A DNA stretch of 64,000 nt. Source: Acidimicrobiia bacterium. GTDB taxonomy: Bacteria > Actinomycetota > Acidimicrobiia > Spongiisociales > Spongiisociaceae. Made by a program: the position numbers and the translations under genes. The notes under the pieces are model-generated. The model searched no databases, had not been told where the DNA came from, and was given only the letters and a program-made list of their open reading frames with translations. The stretch's first letter is position 1; each line of letters begins with the position of its first letter. The stretch is from positions 35,766-99,765 of the forward strand of contig JBFGLM010000012.1 of assembly GCA_041576165.1 (NCBI GenBank). Direction: 5' to 3'. Positions 29,346 to 37,801 of this stretch are shown one piece after another.

Positions 29346-30356
29346 TCAGGTGATCGTCAGCTCCACGATCACGCGAAAGGCGAGCACGTCCAGCTGATAC
29401 CAGCTCACCACCAGCTCGTGGGTACCGGTCATGGTGGATGGGAACTGAAACGAGAATCGCTTGCGAGCGGTGTCATCCGCATCCACCTCGAACGTCTCCA
29501 CCGTCCGTAGCGGGTCACCGCCGTTCAGGACGAACTCGGCCCTGGTCGTCGGATCGTTGAACGCCTGTTTGTCGAGGTCGCTGCTCGCCGACCAGTTGTC
29601 CAGATTCCAACCCTCGAAGACGTAGAACTCGGTGCCGGCGGGGACCGAGACCTGGCCCGGGCAGTTGAGCACGTCGGCGCAGTTGGTGATCAGCTGGAAC
29701 AGCGTCAGTTGGGTGCCGTTGGTGGTCTGGGGCCGCGGCGCCGGATCGAGCGGGGTGAGGCCTCGGGCCCGCGCGAGGAACGTTGCCATCTGCGCCCGGT
29801 TGACGTTGTCCAGCGGACAGAAGAGACCGGTCTCGCATCCGAGACTGATCCCGGCTTCTGCGACCTTGTTGATGTTGGCCTCGTGGGTGTTGCCGGTGTC
29901 GTCCGTGAAATAGTCGGTAGCGGTGTCAGGCAACATGAAGCCGCGCTCCAGGAACGTCGCCATCTGCGCCCGATTCACGTAGTCGGTCGGACAGTAGTCC
30001 GTACCCCCGCAACCCAACGTGATCCCGGCTTCTGCGATCTTGTTGATGTTGGCCTCGTGGGCGTTGTTGGTGTCATCTGTGAAGTAGTCGGTCGCGGTGT
30101 CGGGCAGGCCCAAGGCACGAGCCAGGAACGTCGCCATCTGGGCCCGCGTCACCGGCTGGGTGGGGCAGAACACCGTTCCGGCGCTGTCGCAGCCCAGCGT
30201 GATGCCCTCCATCGCCACGGCCTCGATGTTGGCTTCGTGAGTGTTGAGGTCGTCGTCGAAGAAGGTCCCGCCCGGATCCGTAGGAGCGGCGGATGCCGGG
30301 AGAGTGAGCACTACCGCCAGCAGAGCTCCCAGTAAGGAAGTTCTTGTCATCACCAT
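29346..30356 (-). CDS. Secreted protein with three N-terminal SLH-like repeats and an uncharacterised C-terminal domain
   Basis: Signal peptide; three F.DD...HEANI...GI.LGC...CP...RAQMATFL repeats. Confidence 0.85.
   Translation of the reverse strand: MVMTRTSLLGALLAVVLTLPASAAPTDPGGTFFDDDLNTHEANIEAVAMEGITLGCDSAGTVFCPTQPVTRAQMATFLARALGLPDTATDYFTDDTNNAHEANINKIAEAGITLGCGGTDYCPTDYVNRAQMATFLERGFMLPDTATDYFTDDTGNTHEANINKVAEAGISLGCETGLFCPLDNVNRAQMATFLARARGLTPLDPAPRPQTTNGTQLTLFQLITNCADVLNCPGQVSVPAGTEFYVFEGWNLDNWSASSDLDKQAFNDPTTRAEFVLNGGDPLRTVETFEVDADDTARKRFSFQFPSTMTGTHELVVSWYQLDVLAFRVIVELTIT
29725..30262 (-). repeat. Three near-tandem intragenic SLH-like repeat units (boundaries approximate)
   Basis: Repeated LPDTATDYFTDDT..HEANINK and RAQMATFL; DNA units visibly similar. 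Confidence 0.75.
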
Positions 30357-30517
30357 CCGCAAGTGTAAACCTCCTGCCCACTCTCGCTGCCGAGCCAGGC
30401 TGCCGGTCGTGATACCAGCGACTATGGGCCGGCCTTGTGTCGTGTTGTACCGGGGCGGGTGGAGAATAGGCCCGTCGCGCAGGCGCGTGCGGAGTGTGAG
30501 ATGTCGACAGGGTCGTC

Positions 30518-31942
30518 GTGAGCCAAGAAAGTCCTCGTCACGGGGATACCGTGCATCAACGGAGTCGCAGGTGGGCCTGGGCTGCGGCCGCGGGTGCCGT
30601 TGCGGTGATGTTGGTCGGAAGCGCCGTACTGGTCCTGGGTGGTGGCGACGACGGCGATGTCGGGACCAGCCCGACCAGCACCAGCTCAGATAGCGCGTCC
30701 ACGCCGTCGACCACCGGCGACGGGGATTTCAGCGAGGCAACAGCACCTTCCGCCAGCACGGAACCGGGCACGGCTGCCACCACGGCCAGGGGCAGCGTCC
30801 CTACCCAGCCCGACAACACCGTGCCCGGCCGTGACCGCGAGCCGCCGGCACCCACCGGCCCCGTGCCGACGCATCGAGTGGCGGGCGTAGCAGTCGACGA
30901 TGTTCTCAATGTCCGCCACGGGCCCGACCCCGGAGCCGACATACTCGCCGGGCTGGCACCGGCGTACGCCGGAGTCGCCTGGACGGGCGAGGAGGCAATC
31001 TCGCCGGACGGCGGGACATGGTGGCGGGTGGAGCTGCTGGATCCCGTCCGTCTGTCCGGCCTGCTGGAGCCGCTGCACGGGGGCCGGCCGATCGGCTGGG
31101 TGAACTCGGCGTTTCTCGAGCCCATCTCGGACGGGTTGCCGGTCGATTTTGCCCGACTGGCCTGCGATGCGGGCGGTGCCATCGGCATTTTCCAAACCGA
31201 GCCGGAAGGAGCGGGTACCTGGTCTGCCGACCACGTGTACTCGATGCGTCACGGCGTCTCCGGCGACTGCAACCGTCTCGTGATCACACTCGGGTCGGGA
31301 TTCACGCCTGGGCTGGTGGAGGACATCACCACCGATATTCGACCTGCGGACGAGATACCCGTGACCGGCCTGGCCAACGAAGAGCGGATGACCATCTCGT
31401 GGGATGAATTGGCGGGCACACGGGAGGAGGCGATGCAACTGGCCACCCCGCATGGCCCGATTCTGGTGGTGCTCGATGAATTTGGGACGTTCGCAGTGGT
31501 GTTCACGTACCCGGTGACCGGGCCCCGGTACCGTGCGTTCCCGGACGAAGGACGGATCGTCCTCGACTACGAGCCCTTCGGCGAGCCAACCTCGAACACC
31601 TTCGGCCGGCTGGTGGTGGCGCCCCCTCCGGTCATCATCGAACCGAACGACGTCATAGCCGAGCCGGTCGTCTGGGTCGAGGGCTGGGCTCGACCGTTCG
31701 AAGCGACCCTCCAGATCGGGCTCACACGAAGCGGATCGGCAGTGCAGGCCGACTTCCGCGGCTCGAATATTCTCGGCGACGTCACCGGATCGGACTATGC
31801 GGTGATGACCTCGGCGTGGGCCGAGGCCTGGGGACATTTCGTCTTCCAAATCGAGGGCCTCGATCCGGGGGATTACGAAGTGTCGTTGACGAGCGAGGGT
31901 GGTGCATCGATCGGAATCCGGGTGCCGTTCACGCTGCCGTGA
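30518..31942 (+). CDS. Membrane-anchored extracellular protein with SH3b-like and C-terminal Ig-like (Gmad2-like) domains
   Basis: TM, Ser/Thr/Pro linker, DDVLNVRHGP...WWRV...GWVNSAFL, VEGWARPFEAT...WGHF. Confidence 0.7.
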   Translation: MSQESPRHGDTVHQRSRRWAWAAAAGAVAVMLVGSAVLVLGGGDDGDVGTSPTSTSSDSASTPSTTGDGDFSEATAPSASTEPGTAATTARGSVPTQPDNTVPGRDREPPAPTGPVPTHRVAGVAVDDVLNVRHGPDPGADILAGLAPAYAGVAWTGEEAISPDGGTWWRVELLDPVRLSGLLEPLHGGRPIGWVNSAFLEPISDGLPVDFARLACDAGGAIGIFQTEPEGAGTWSADHVYSMRHGVSGDCNRLVITLGSGFTPGLVEDITTDIRPADEIPVTGLANEERMTISWDELAGTREEAMQLATPHGPILVVLDEFGTFAVVFTYPVTGPRYRAFPDEGRIVLDYEPFGEPTSNTFGRLVVAPPPVIIEPNDVIAEPVVWVEGWARPFEATLQIGLTRSGSAVQADFRGSNILGDVTGSDYAVMTSAWAEAWGHFVFQIEGLDPGDYEVSLTSEGGASIGIRVPFTLP

Positions 31943-31972
31943 CCAGGTTCGGGGTCTGCCCGCTCGCTTCGC

Positions 31973-33133
31973 TCACCAGATAGCGACGTAGGTGAGCACC
32001 GGGGTATCGGGACCCGTCGTACCAGACGGGCGGGACCGGAAGTCCCACAATTCGACCCACCATGTGACCCCTTCCGGCGCGGCGAATGCACCTCCGAAGC
32101 GGGGGAGGCCGCCCAGTTCGAGGGACCGCAGCGATCCGGACATGCCTCGTGACAACAACTCGGTCGTGATCAGTTGCGCCAATTCCTCTGCGGCCGGCAT
32201 CCCGACCGGCAGTTCGAAATAGATGGGTTCGATGTGGGCCCGCTCCAATGCCAGTCCCGCCACGCTCTCCTCGTCGTACAGGTTGCTCCGGGAGCGAACT
32301 TCTTCGGAACCGGCCGGCGCCCACGGCCGCCCGCGGGCCAGTGAGTCGGCGGTCACGCCCAGCCAGCTCTCAACCCAGCGGACCCGATCCTGTGGCACCA
32401 GCTCCGGCAGCCCGATGGCGACCAGTGTGACCGACTCCGCCATGTCCTCACCAGGGCTGGTGCGCCCGTATCTGGTGGCGGCTTCAACTCCGTCGGGCAG
32501 AAACCAGCCGGCGTCGACTCCCGACCCAACCTTGCTCCAACCGGTGGTGGCGGCGAAGTCGCCCACCAGCTCAGAGCCGATCGTCGGGTCGACTGCACCG
32601 ACCTCACCGGACAGCGCAGCCGATACGTAGTCGTCGGTCATCGAGAAGAACTGGGCCACGTGGACAAGTTCGTGAACGAAGGCTCGGGCCAGGTCGTAGC
32701 GGGAGCTGCCGTCCGCGGAGAGCTCAAATGCTCGGTCCAGCAAGTACACGTCCGGCCCCAGCGCATACGCAACGGGCTGTTGGTGGGCTGTACGATTGCC
32801 GGGCGCCTGGGGCACGCGGACCACGTCGCGAATGGGAACTTCATCCCAAATCACGTTGGGCACATCCCGCGCCACTGCTTCGATCAAATCGATCTCATCT
32901 GGATCGGGGACGGTGCCCTGGCCCACAACGTTCAGGTCGCCTGCCCGCCGTTGCCATGCTGGGGTTTCCAGGCGGGGTGAGCCGAGAGCGGCCTGGATCT
33001 CCGGCTCGCTGAGGTCGAAACCGCCGGGGGGAGGATCCGACGGCGAGGAGATCGTTACGCCGGCACCACACGAGCCCAAGACGATCAAAACGGCGATCGC
33101 CAGCGAACCCGGATTGAGTAAGCGGCCCGGCAT
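31973..33133 (-). CDS. Lipoprotein with a zincin-type metallopeptidase motif
   Basis: Lipobox LGSC; HELVH; YGRTSPGEDMAES. Confidence 0.72.
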   Translation of the reverse strand: MPGRLLNPGSLAIAVLIVLGSCGAGVTISSPSDPPPGGFDLSEPEIQAALGSPRLETPAWQRRAGDLNVVGQGTVPDPDEIDLIEAVARDVPNVIWDEVPIRDVVRVPQAPGNRTAHQQPVAYALGPDVYLLDRAFELSADGSSRYDLARAFVHELVHVAQFFSMTDDYVSAALSGEVGAVDPTIGSELVGDFAATTGWSKVGSGVDAGWFLPDGVEAATRYGRTSPGEDMAESVTLVAIGLPELVPQDRVRWVESWLGVTADSLARGRPWAPAGSEEVRSRSNLYDEESVAGLALERAHIEPIYFELPVGMPAAEELAQLITTELLSRGMSGSLRSLELGGLPRFGGAFAAPEGVTWWVELWDFRSRPSGTTGPDTPVLTYVAIW

Positions 33134-33314
33134 CGAGCGTATGTTGGCACCCGAGGCGGAACATCGTGAAATGACCCTCCAGGGTCGATCGTCGCGTAGA
33201 TTCGGCGGCGTCACGGCGACCGTGACGGGCTGTTGGAGGGTCGAACGGTCGTGTCTTTTCCAGGTTGCCGGTAACCGGCAGAGCGAGAAAGGCCAGCAGT
33301 TGCAAGCACTTTGC

Positions 33315-33343
33315 TTCCGTGCGGCCATCTGACGCCATATAAT
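33315..33343 (+). promoter_or_regulatory. Housekeeping promoter of the HU gene
   Basis: TTCCGT-N17-TATAAT upstream of a GAAGGAGG RBS. Confidence 0.6.
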
Positions 33344-33381
33344 GACAGCGCTGTAATTCTCCCAGAAGGAGGGGAACTGAG

Positions 33382-33654
33382 ATGAACAAGGGTGATTTGG
33401 TCGACGCCGTCGCCGACGCCACGGGCGACTCCAAGGCCGCCGCCTCGGCTGCGGTAGACGCCGTGCTCGATTCCATCACGGGCGCGCTGAAGAGGGGCGA
33501 CAAGGTCCAGCTGAGCGGATTCGGAACGTTTGAGGTCCGTCATCGCGCTGCACGCCAAGGCCGGAACCCCCAAACCGGCGCCGCGATCCAGATAGCCGCC
33601 AGCAATTCGCCGGCATTCAAAGCCGGCAAGGCGCTGAAAGACGCCGTCAATTAG
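33382..33654 (+). CDS. hup: DNA-binding protein HU
   Basis: [35 protein letters not shown]. Confidence 0.97.
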   Translation: MNKGDLVDAVADATGDSKAAASAAVDAVLDSITGALKRGDKVQLSGFGTFEVRHRAARQGRNPQTGAAIQIAASNSPAFKAGKALKDAVN

Positions 33655-33669
33655 CCACATGCATCCGTA

Positions 33670-33699
33670 GTAGGAGGGTGCGCCGCCGCGCCCTCCTAC
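33670..33699. terminator. Hairpin between convergent HU and SCP2 genes
   Basis: GTAGGAGGGTGCG-CCGC-CGCGCCCTCCTAC. Confidence 0.7.
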
Positions 33700-33713
33700 A
33701 TCAGCTCGTTCGG

Positions 33714-34100
33714 CTAGAACTCGATATCGATGTCCTGGCTGACGGCAGAGAAAGCGCTCAGCACCGCCTGGTGCATCATCAACATCGCCAGGTTGCCGGC
33801 GACTTTGATTTTCCCTGTCATGAAGGCGGCCTGGGGATTCAGCTCTCCTCGCTGGAGTGCCATGGCGGTGTCGTGTCCGCTGGTGATCGTCACGTCAGGG
33901 TCGGCAGCCGGGCCCAGGTTGACGGCCGCAGCTCCGTCGGCAACCGCCAGGTGGTACTCGGTCTCGCCATCGGGGCCGTCGTTGACCTTGTAGGCCAGTG
34001 TCAAGTCGACGTTTGCGATGGATTTCGTGAATCCGTCGTCAGCGTTGAGCGCGTCGGTCATCGTTTGCGCCCATTCCGGACTCATGAACTTCACTGCCAT
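33714..34100 (-). CDS. SCP2 sterol/lipid-binding domain protein
   Basis: KFMSPEW, GELNPQAAFMTGKIKVAGN. Confidence 0.9.
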   Translation of the reverse strand: MAVKFMSPEWAQTMTDALNADDGFTKSIANVDLTLAYKVNDGPDGETEYHLAVADGAAAVNLGPAADPDVTITSGHDTAMALQRGELNPQAAFMTGKIKVAGNLAMLMMHQAVLSAFSAVSQDIDIEF

Positions 34101-34146
34101 CAATTTCCCTTCCAGAGAGGTCGTGATCGTAGCAAGGCGGGATCAC

Positions 34147-34995
34147 TCAGCTGTGCAGTAGCGCGGCGATGCGATCGCTTTCTTCGGGGCTCAGCGGGGC
34201 CAGCGGTGCCCGGGGCCAGCCGGGTTTCATACCGGTCGCCTCTGCGGCTACTTTCACAGCCGGGATGCCGCCCCGTTCCACTGCGGCGGCGATACCGGCT
34301 AGCCGGCGCTGGTCCTCCACCCGCCCGTCGACTATGACGCGGCGCACGAGTTCCGGTGCGTAGTTGCCCGAAGCAGTGATGCCCCCGTGCGCGCCCGACC
34401 AGATCGCCTGGGCGAGGACGGCACTCGCCCCGTTGTAGAGGCGGAAGTGGACCGGCACGCTGGCAGCTAAGCGGGCGACACGGCGGATGTCGCCGCCCGA
34501 ATCCTTCATACCGATGATGGCCGGGAGCTCGGCCAGTTCGTCGACCAGCGCTTCCGGTAGCTCGTAGGCGGTCCACCTGGGAACCGAGTAGAGCAGCAGC
34601 GGGAGTGGTGTCTCGGCGGCCAGTACCCGGTAGTACCGCGCGACGGCCGCAGCATCCCCTCGCGTCATGGTGGTCGGGGTCAGGACGAGCACCGAGCCCG
34701 CCCCCGCGTCGGCCACCTCCTGAAGCTGAGCCTGTGCCCCCCGGTTCGTTTCGGCCGCGATACCGGCCATGACATGTGCCTCCGGGAACAAGGACTTGGC
34801 TTCCTCGATGAGCGAGCGCCGCTCACCCACCTCCAGGTAGGGGCCCTCGCCGGTCGACCCGCCGATCAATACCCCGCTCATACCGGCTTGTGACAGGTGC
34901 TTGATGTTGTGACGGTGGGCGTCCAGGTCCAGCTCGCCGGAGCGGTCGAATGGTGTGATCAGCGCAACGAGGTCCTGGGGTAGATCCGGAGTCAT
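34147..34995 (-). CDS. Dihydrodipicolinate synthase family aldolase/lyase
   Basis: LITPF, GSTGE, LLYSVP, GMKDSGG. Confidence 0.9.
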   Translation of the reverse strand: MTPDLPQDLVALITPFDRSGELDLDAHRHNIKHLSQAGMSGVLIGGSTGEGPYLEVGERRSLIEEAKSLFPEAHVMAGIAAETNRGAQAQLQEVADAGAGSVLVLTPTTMTRGDAAAVARYYRVLAAETPLPLLLYSVPRWTAYELPEALVDELAELPAIIGMKDSGGDIRRVARLAASVPVHFRLYNGASAVLAQAIWSGAHGGITASGNYAPELVRRVIVDGRVEDQRRLAGIAAAVERGGIPAVKVAAEATGMKPGWPRAPLAPLSPEESDRIAALLHS

Positions 34996-35945
34996 TCTTC
35001 GTCTAGGTCGAGTGTGCCCCTTTGCAGGTCGCGCCAGCGCCGGGCCAGCTCGGATGACGGCTCGGCCGGAGGTTCGTCGTGGACCGCCGTTGCTTCGAGT
35101 AGCTCCATGGCTCCATCAGTGAGGTCGAGCAGCACGGCCGGCTCCTCTGCGGGCGGCTCACGAAGCTCGGCTCCCCGACTGTTGACGTAGTATTCATATC
35201 GTTCAGCCAAGGATGGTTCGCCCACCACATGCGCCAGCTCGAGTGCCTCGATTTCTGAAGGTTCGGGCGACCCACTAGTTTCGGGGGCCGGTCCCTCGCC
35301 TTCGGACACGAGTTCCTCTGCGTCCGGTTCCGCGTCCTCAGGTTCCAGCTCCACCGGCGTGATCAACTTGCGATCGGCGAGGTCGGCCATCGCCGACGCG
35401 ACATCGAACTCGGGAAGAGCCGCCACACTGGCGATCTCTGCAGCGGACCGGCCTGATCCCATCGCGGCGAGTATTTTCCACTGCTCGGCGGACACGACGA
35501 CCTCGCCCGGATCGCTGGTGGGCCGGATCGCAAAGGTCTGATGAATCGAGCTGATCGAGTCCTCGATCTCGCTCCAGGTCGACAGGAGTTTCTCGGCGCT
35601 GTCGAGAACCTCTTTGACCGTGAGGTCACCAGTTGTCGGGTGCATGGGTTCCACGCCGCTTTGGAACACGAACGTGCCCTCTTCGAGGCGCAGCAACCGC
35701 ATGAGCACGCTGGTGACGATGTTGGCCTCGTTGGCGTCGGCGGGATGGCGCCTGTCGGCCGCGTCCTCGGGTTTGCCGGGACCGGCCCGGGTCGTGGCGA
35801 AGATCACCCGGCCATCCTTGAAGAAGACTGACCCTCGGAGCGAGTCGGCCGTGATCACGAGAATCCCGCTCTTGGATCCCGTTGCGATCAGCTCGAGCAT
35901 CTGGCGAAGCGGGAAATCCCGCAGGTCGCCGCTCAATTCTGACAT
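34992..35945 (-). CDS. DUF4388-like (PatA N-terminal type) domain protein
   Basis: LSGDLRDFPLRQMLELI...SGIL...G.VFF.DGRV..A, EGTFVF; wHTH-like segment; acidic tail. Confidence 0.8.
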   Translation of the reverse strand: MSELSGDLRDFPLRQMLELIATGSKSGILVITADSLRGSVFFKDGRVIFATTRAGPGKPEDAADRRHPADANEANIVTSVLMRLLRLEEGTFVFQSGVEPMHPTTGDLTVKEVLDSAEKLLSTWSEIEDSISSIHQTFAIRPTSDPGEVVVSAEQWKILAAMGSGRSAAEIASVAALPEFDVASAMADLADRKLITPVELEPEDAEPDAEELVSEGEGPAPETSGSPEPSEIEALELAHVVGEPSLAERYEYYVNSRGAELREPPAEEPAVLLDLTDGAMELLEATAVHDEPPAEPSSELARRWRDLQRGTLDLDEE

Positions 35946-36031
35946 CCGGCCCCCCGGATCGTGCGTGGAACGGCGCCAGCTTACGACCCGCTGGCCCAAT
36001 CTGCCAGAGAAACCTCGTGACCCGGCCGGCG

Positions 36032-36052
36032 TTGTCCACAAGCTGTGGCTAG
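36032..36052. promoter_or_regulatory. Inverted DnaA-box pair
   Basis: TTGTCCACA-AGC-TGTGGCTAG (perfect box plus a 2-mismatch box, 3-bp spacer) in an intergenic gap. Confidence 0.5.
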
Positions 36053-36085
36053 CCACCCACTCAGAGTTGATATGTCGGGTGGGCG

Positions 36086-37030
36086 TCAGTTTCCGGGGCT
36101 GGAGCGAAGGTTTCGCCAGCGCCGAGCCAGCTCGGAGGCCGGTGGGTGATCACCATCCCCGAGGACGTCGATCTCGACCGGCAGTTGTTCTGGATCTTCG
36201 AGTCCGCCCCAGCCGTCGTCGGTCTCGCCGGCGTCTTCGCCGTCGACCGGCAGTTCGTCGTCGCCGTCTTCCGGTTCGTCGCTGAGTGCCGACAGCACGG
36301 CCTTGGTTTCGAGCTCCGAAAGCTCGACGCCGACCGGATCGGGCGTGGGGGCGCGGTCTTCAGCCCGGTGGTCATCCTGCTTCTCCACCAGACCCTGCTC
36401 GACGAGCCTTGCCAGGGTACGACCGGCGACAATCTCGAACTGGCCGAGCTGTTCGGCCACATCCCGAGCAGCCGCGGAGCCGGCCATGACCGCCAAGGCG
36501 TTCCACGCCAGTCCATCGATTGTGATTGTCTGATCGGCTTCCATGGTCCCGACCATGGTCATTGGTGTGGCCGTGGATCCGATGATCGCTTCGATTCGGT
36601 TCCATTCCTTGAGCTCTGCCTCGGCATCGGCCAGCAGCTCATCGACCGGCATGGGCTCCTTGACGGGTTCGGCCGGCGCCACCCCATTCTGGAAAACGAA
36701 ACTGCCGGTGGTTTCCCGGCCCAGCCGCACCAGCACCTCCACGATCTGGGCCTTGAGATGATCCTGGAATTGCCCGGGGTCACGATCTTTGATGTCGCCC
36801 AGCTCGACCCGCCGCCGTTCGGCGCCACCCTTGTCGTGGGACGGGTCGGAATCGGCGAAATCGTCGCCGGCACGAGTCGTGGCGTAGCTGACGCGCCCGT
36901 CCTCCAGATACACGCGACCGCGATTGACGTCGCCGTAGACGTGCAACACGCCTTGTTTGCGACTCTTCGCCAGGAGCCGGAGAACGTCCGGCAGGGGGAA
37001 GTCTTGAAGATTGCCGCTGAGTTCACTCAC
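36086..37030 (-). CDS. DUF4388-like domain protein (paralog of 34992..35945)
   Basis: LSGNLQDFPLPDVLRLL...GVL...GRVYLEDGRVSYA, GSFVF; same C-terminal SELARRWR.L. Confidence 0.8.
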   Translation of the reverse strand: MSELSGNLQDFPLPDVLRLLAKSRKQGVLHVYGDVNRGRVYLEDGRVSYATTRAGDDFADSDPSHDKGGAERRRVELGDIKDRDPGQFQDHLKAQIVEVLVRLGRETTGSFVFQNGVAPAEPVKEPMPVDELLADAEAELKEWNRIEAIIGSTATPMTMVGTMEADQTITIDGLAWNALAVMAGSAAARDVAEQLGQFEIVAGRTLARLVEQGLVEKQDDHRAEDRAPTPDPVGVELSELETKAVLSALSDEPEDGDDELPVDGEDAGETDDGWGGLEDPEQLPVEIDVLGDGDHPPASELARRWRNLRSSPGN

Positions 37031-37231
37031 TGCGCTATCCCTTACGTGCTCGCCCACCCCCCATGAACCCGTTCGCGCTCTGGGTGGTATCGGAGATATC
37101 GGCATGTCAGCCGCAGGCATTAGCAAAAATCGTTGATGTTCATGCTGTCTTCTCGAAGTTCGGAGCGCGGGGCCGGGTCCTCTGGGCGCGTCGATGCGCA
37201 CGCTGGGTGGTCGGAGTCGTGAGCCTGCCCG

Positions 37232-37801
37232 CTAGAGGTCGGCTTCGGGCTCGATTCGCATGATGGTATCGCTGCGCCATTGCACGGAGCCCGAGAAGGG
37301 CGGAAGGCCGGTTACCCAGGCGTGGTCGAACACCACCCGCAGCCCAATGTTGTCCCGGTTGGCACCTGAGTTGTCCCGGGAGGCAATCGGCCAGCCGATT
37401 GGCCCGATTCGGACCCAGTTGTTGCAGAACAGAGACCCAGGAAGGTCCGTGTCGACCTTCGGCCGGTATCGGTTCCAGGCAGTGGGATTGCCGCCGGCAT
37501 CGGCTTTGAAGATCCAGATCTCGGCCACTGCGTCGCCGTCGACGCTGGTCAGGGCTCCGGCGGCCGCCTCGAGCGCCAGGCAATCCGCGTCTTTGTCGCC
37601 GGGGTTGATGGCTTCCAGCGGCCCGGCAGAGGCACCAGCCCGCACCCCTTCCCGGGTGGCGGCGGTCACCGACAGCCACTCATTGAACCCGAAGCCGAAC
37701 TCCACTGCCCCGATCACCAATGGGACCAGCACGAACGTGACCAGAAATGCCGTCTCGACAGCCGCCGCCCCCCGCTCGCTAGTCGCCTTACCCCGCCTCA
37801 T
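37232..37801 (-). CDS. TadE-like pseudopilin
   Basis: ERG|AAAVE prepilin motif + hydrophobic helix, ATREGVR, C-terminal RIEP. Confidence 0.88.
   Translation of the reverse strand: MRRGKATSERGAAAVETAFLVTFVLVPLVIGAVEFGFGFNEWLSVTAATREGVRAGASAGPLEAINPGDKDADCLALEAAAGALTSVDGDAVAEIWIFKADAGGNPTAWNRYRPKVDTDLPGSLFCNNWVRIGPIGWPIASRDNSGANRDNIGLRVVFDHAWVTGLPPFSGSVQWRSDTIMRIEPEADL

Noticed and set aside
29725-30262. Repeated DNA units as a possible CRISPR or mobile repeat
   Set aside because: In-frame coding SLH-like repeats with no spacers and no cas genes
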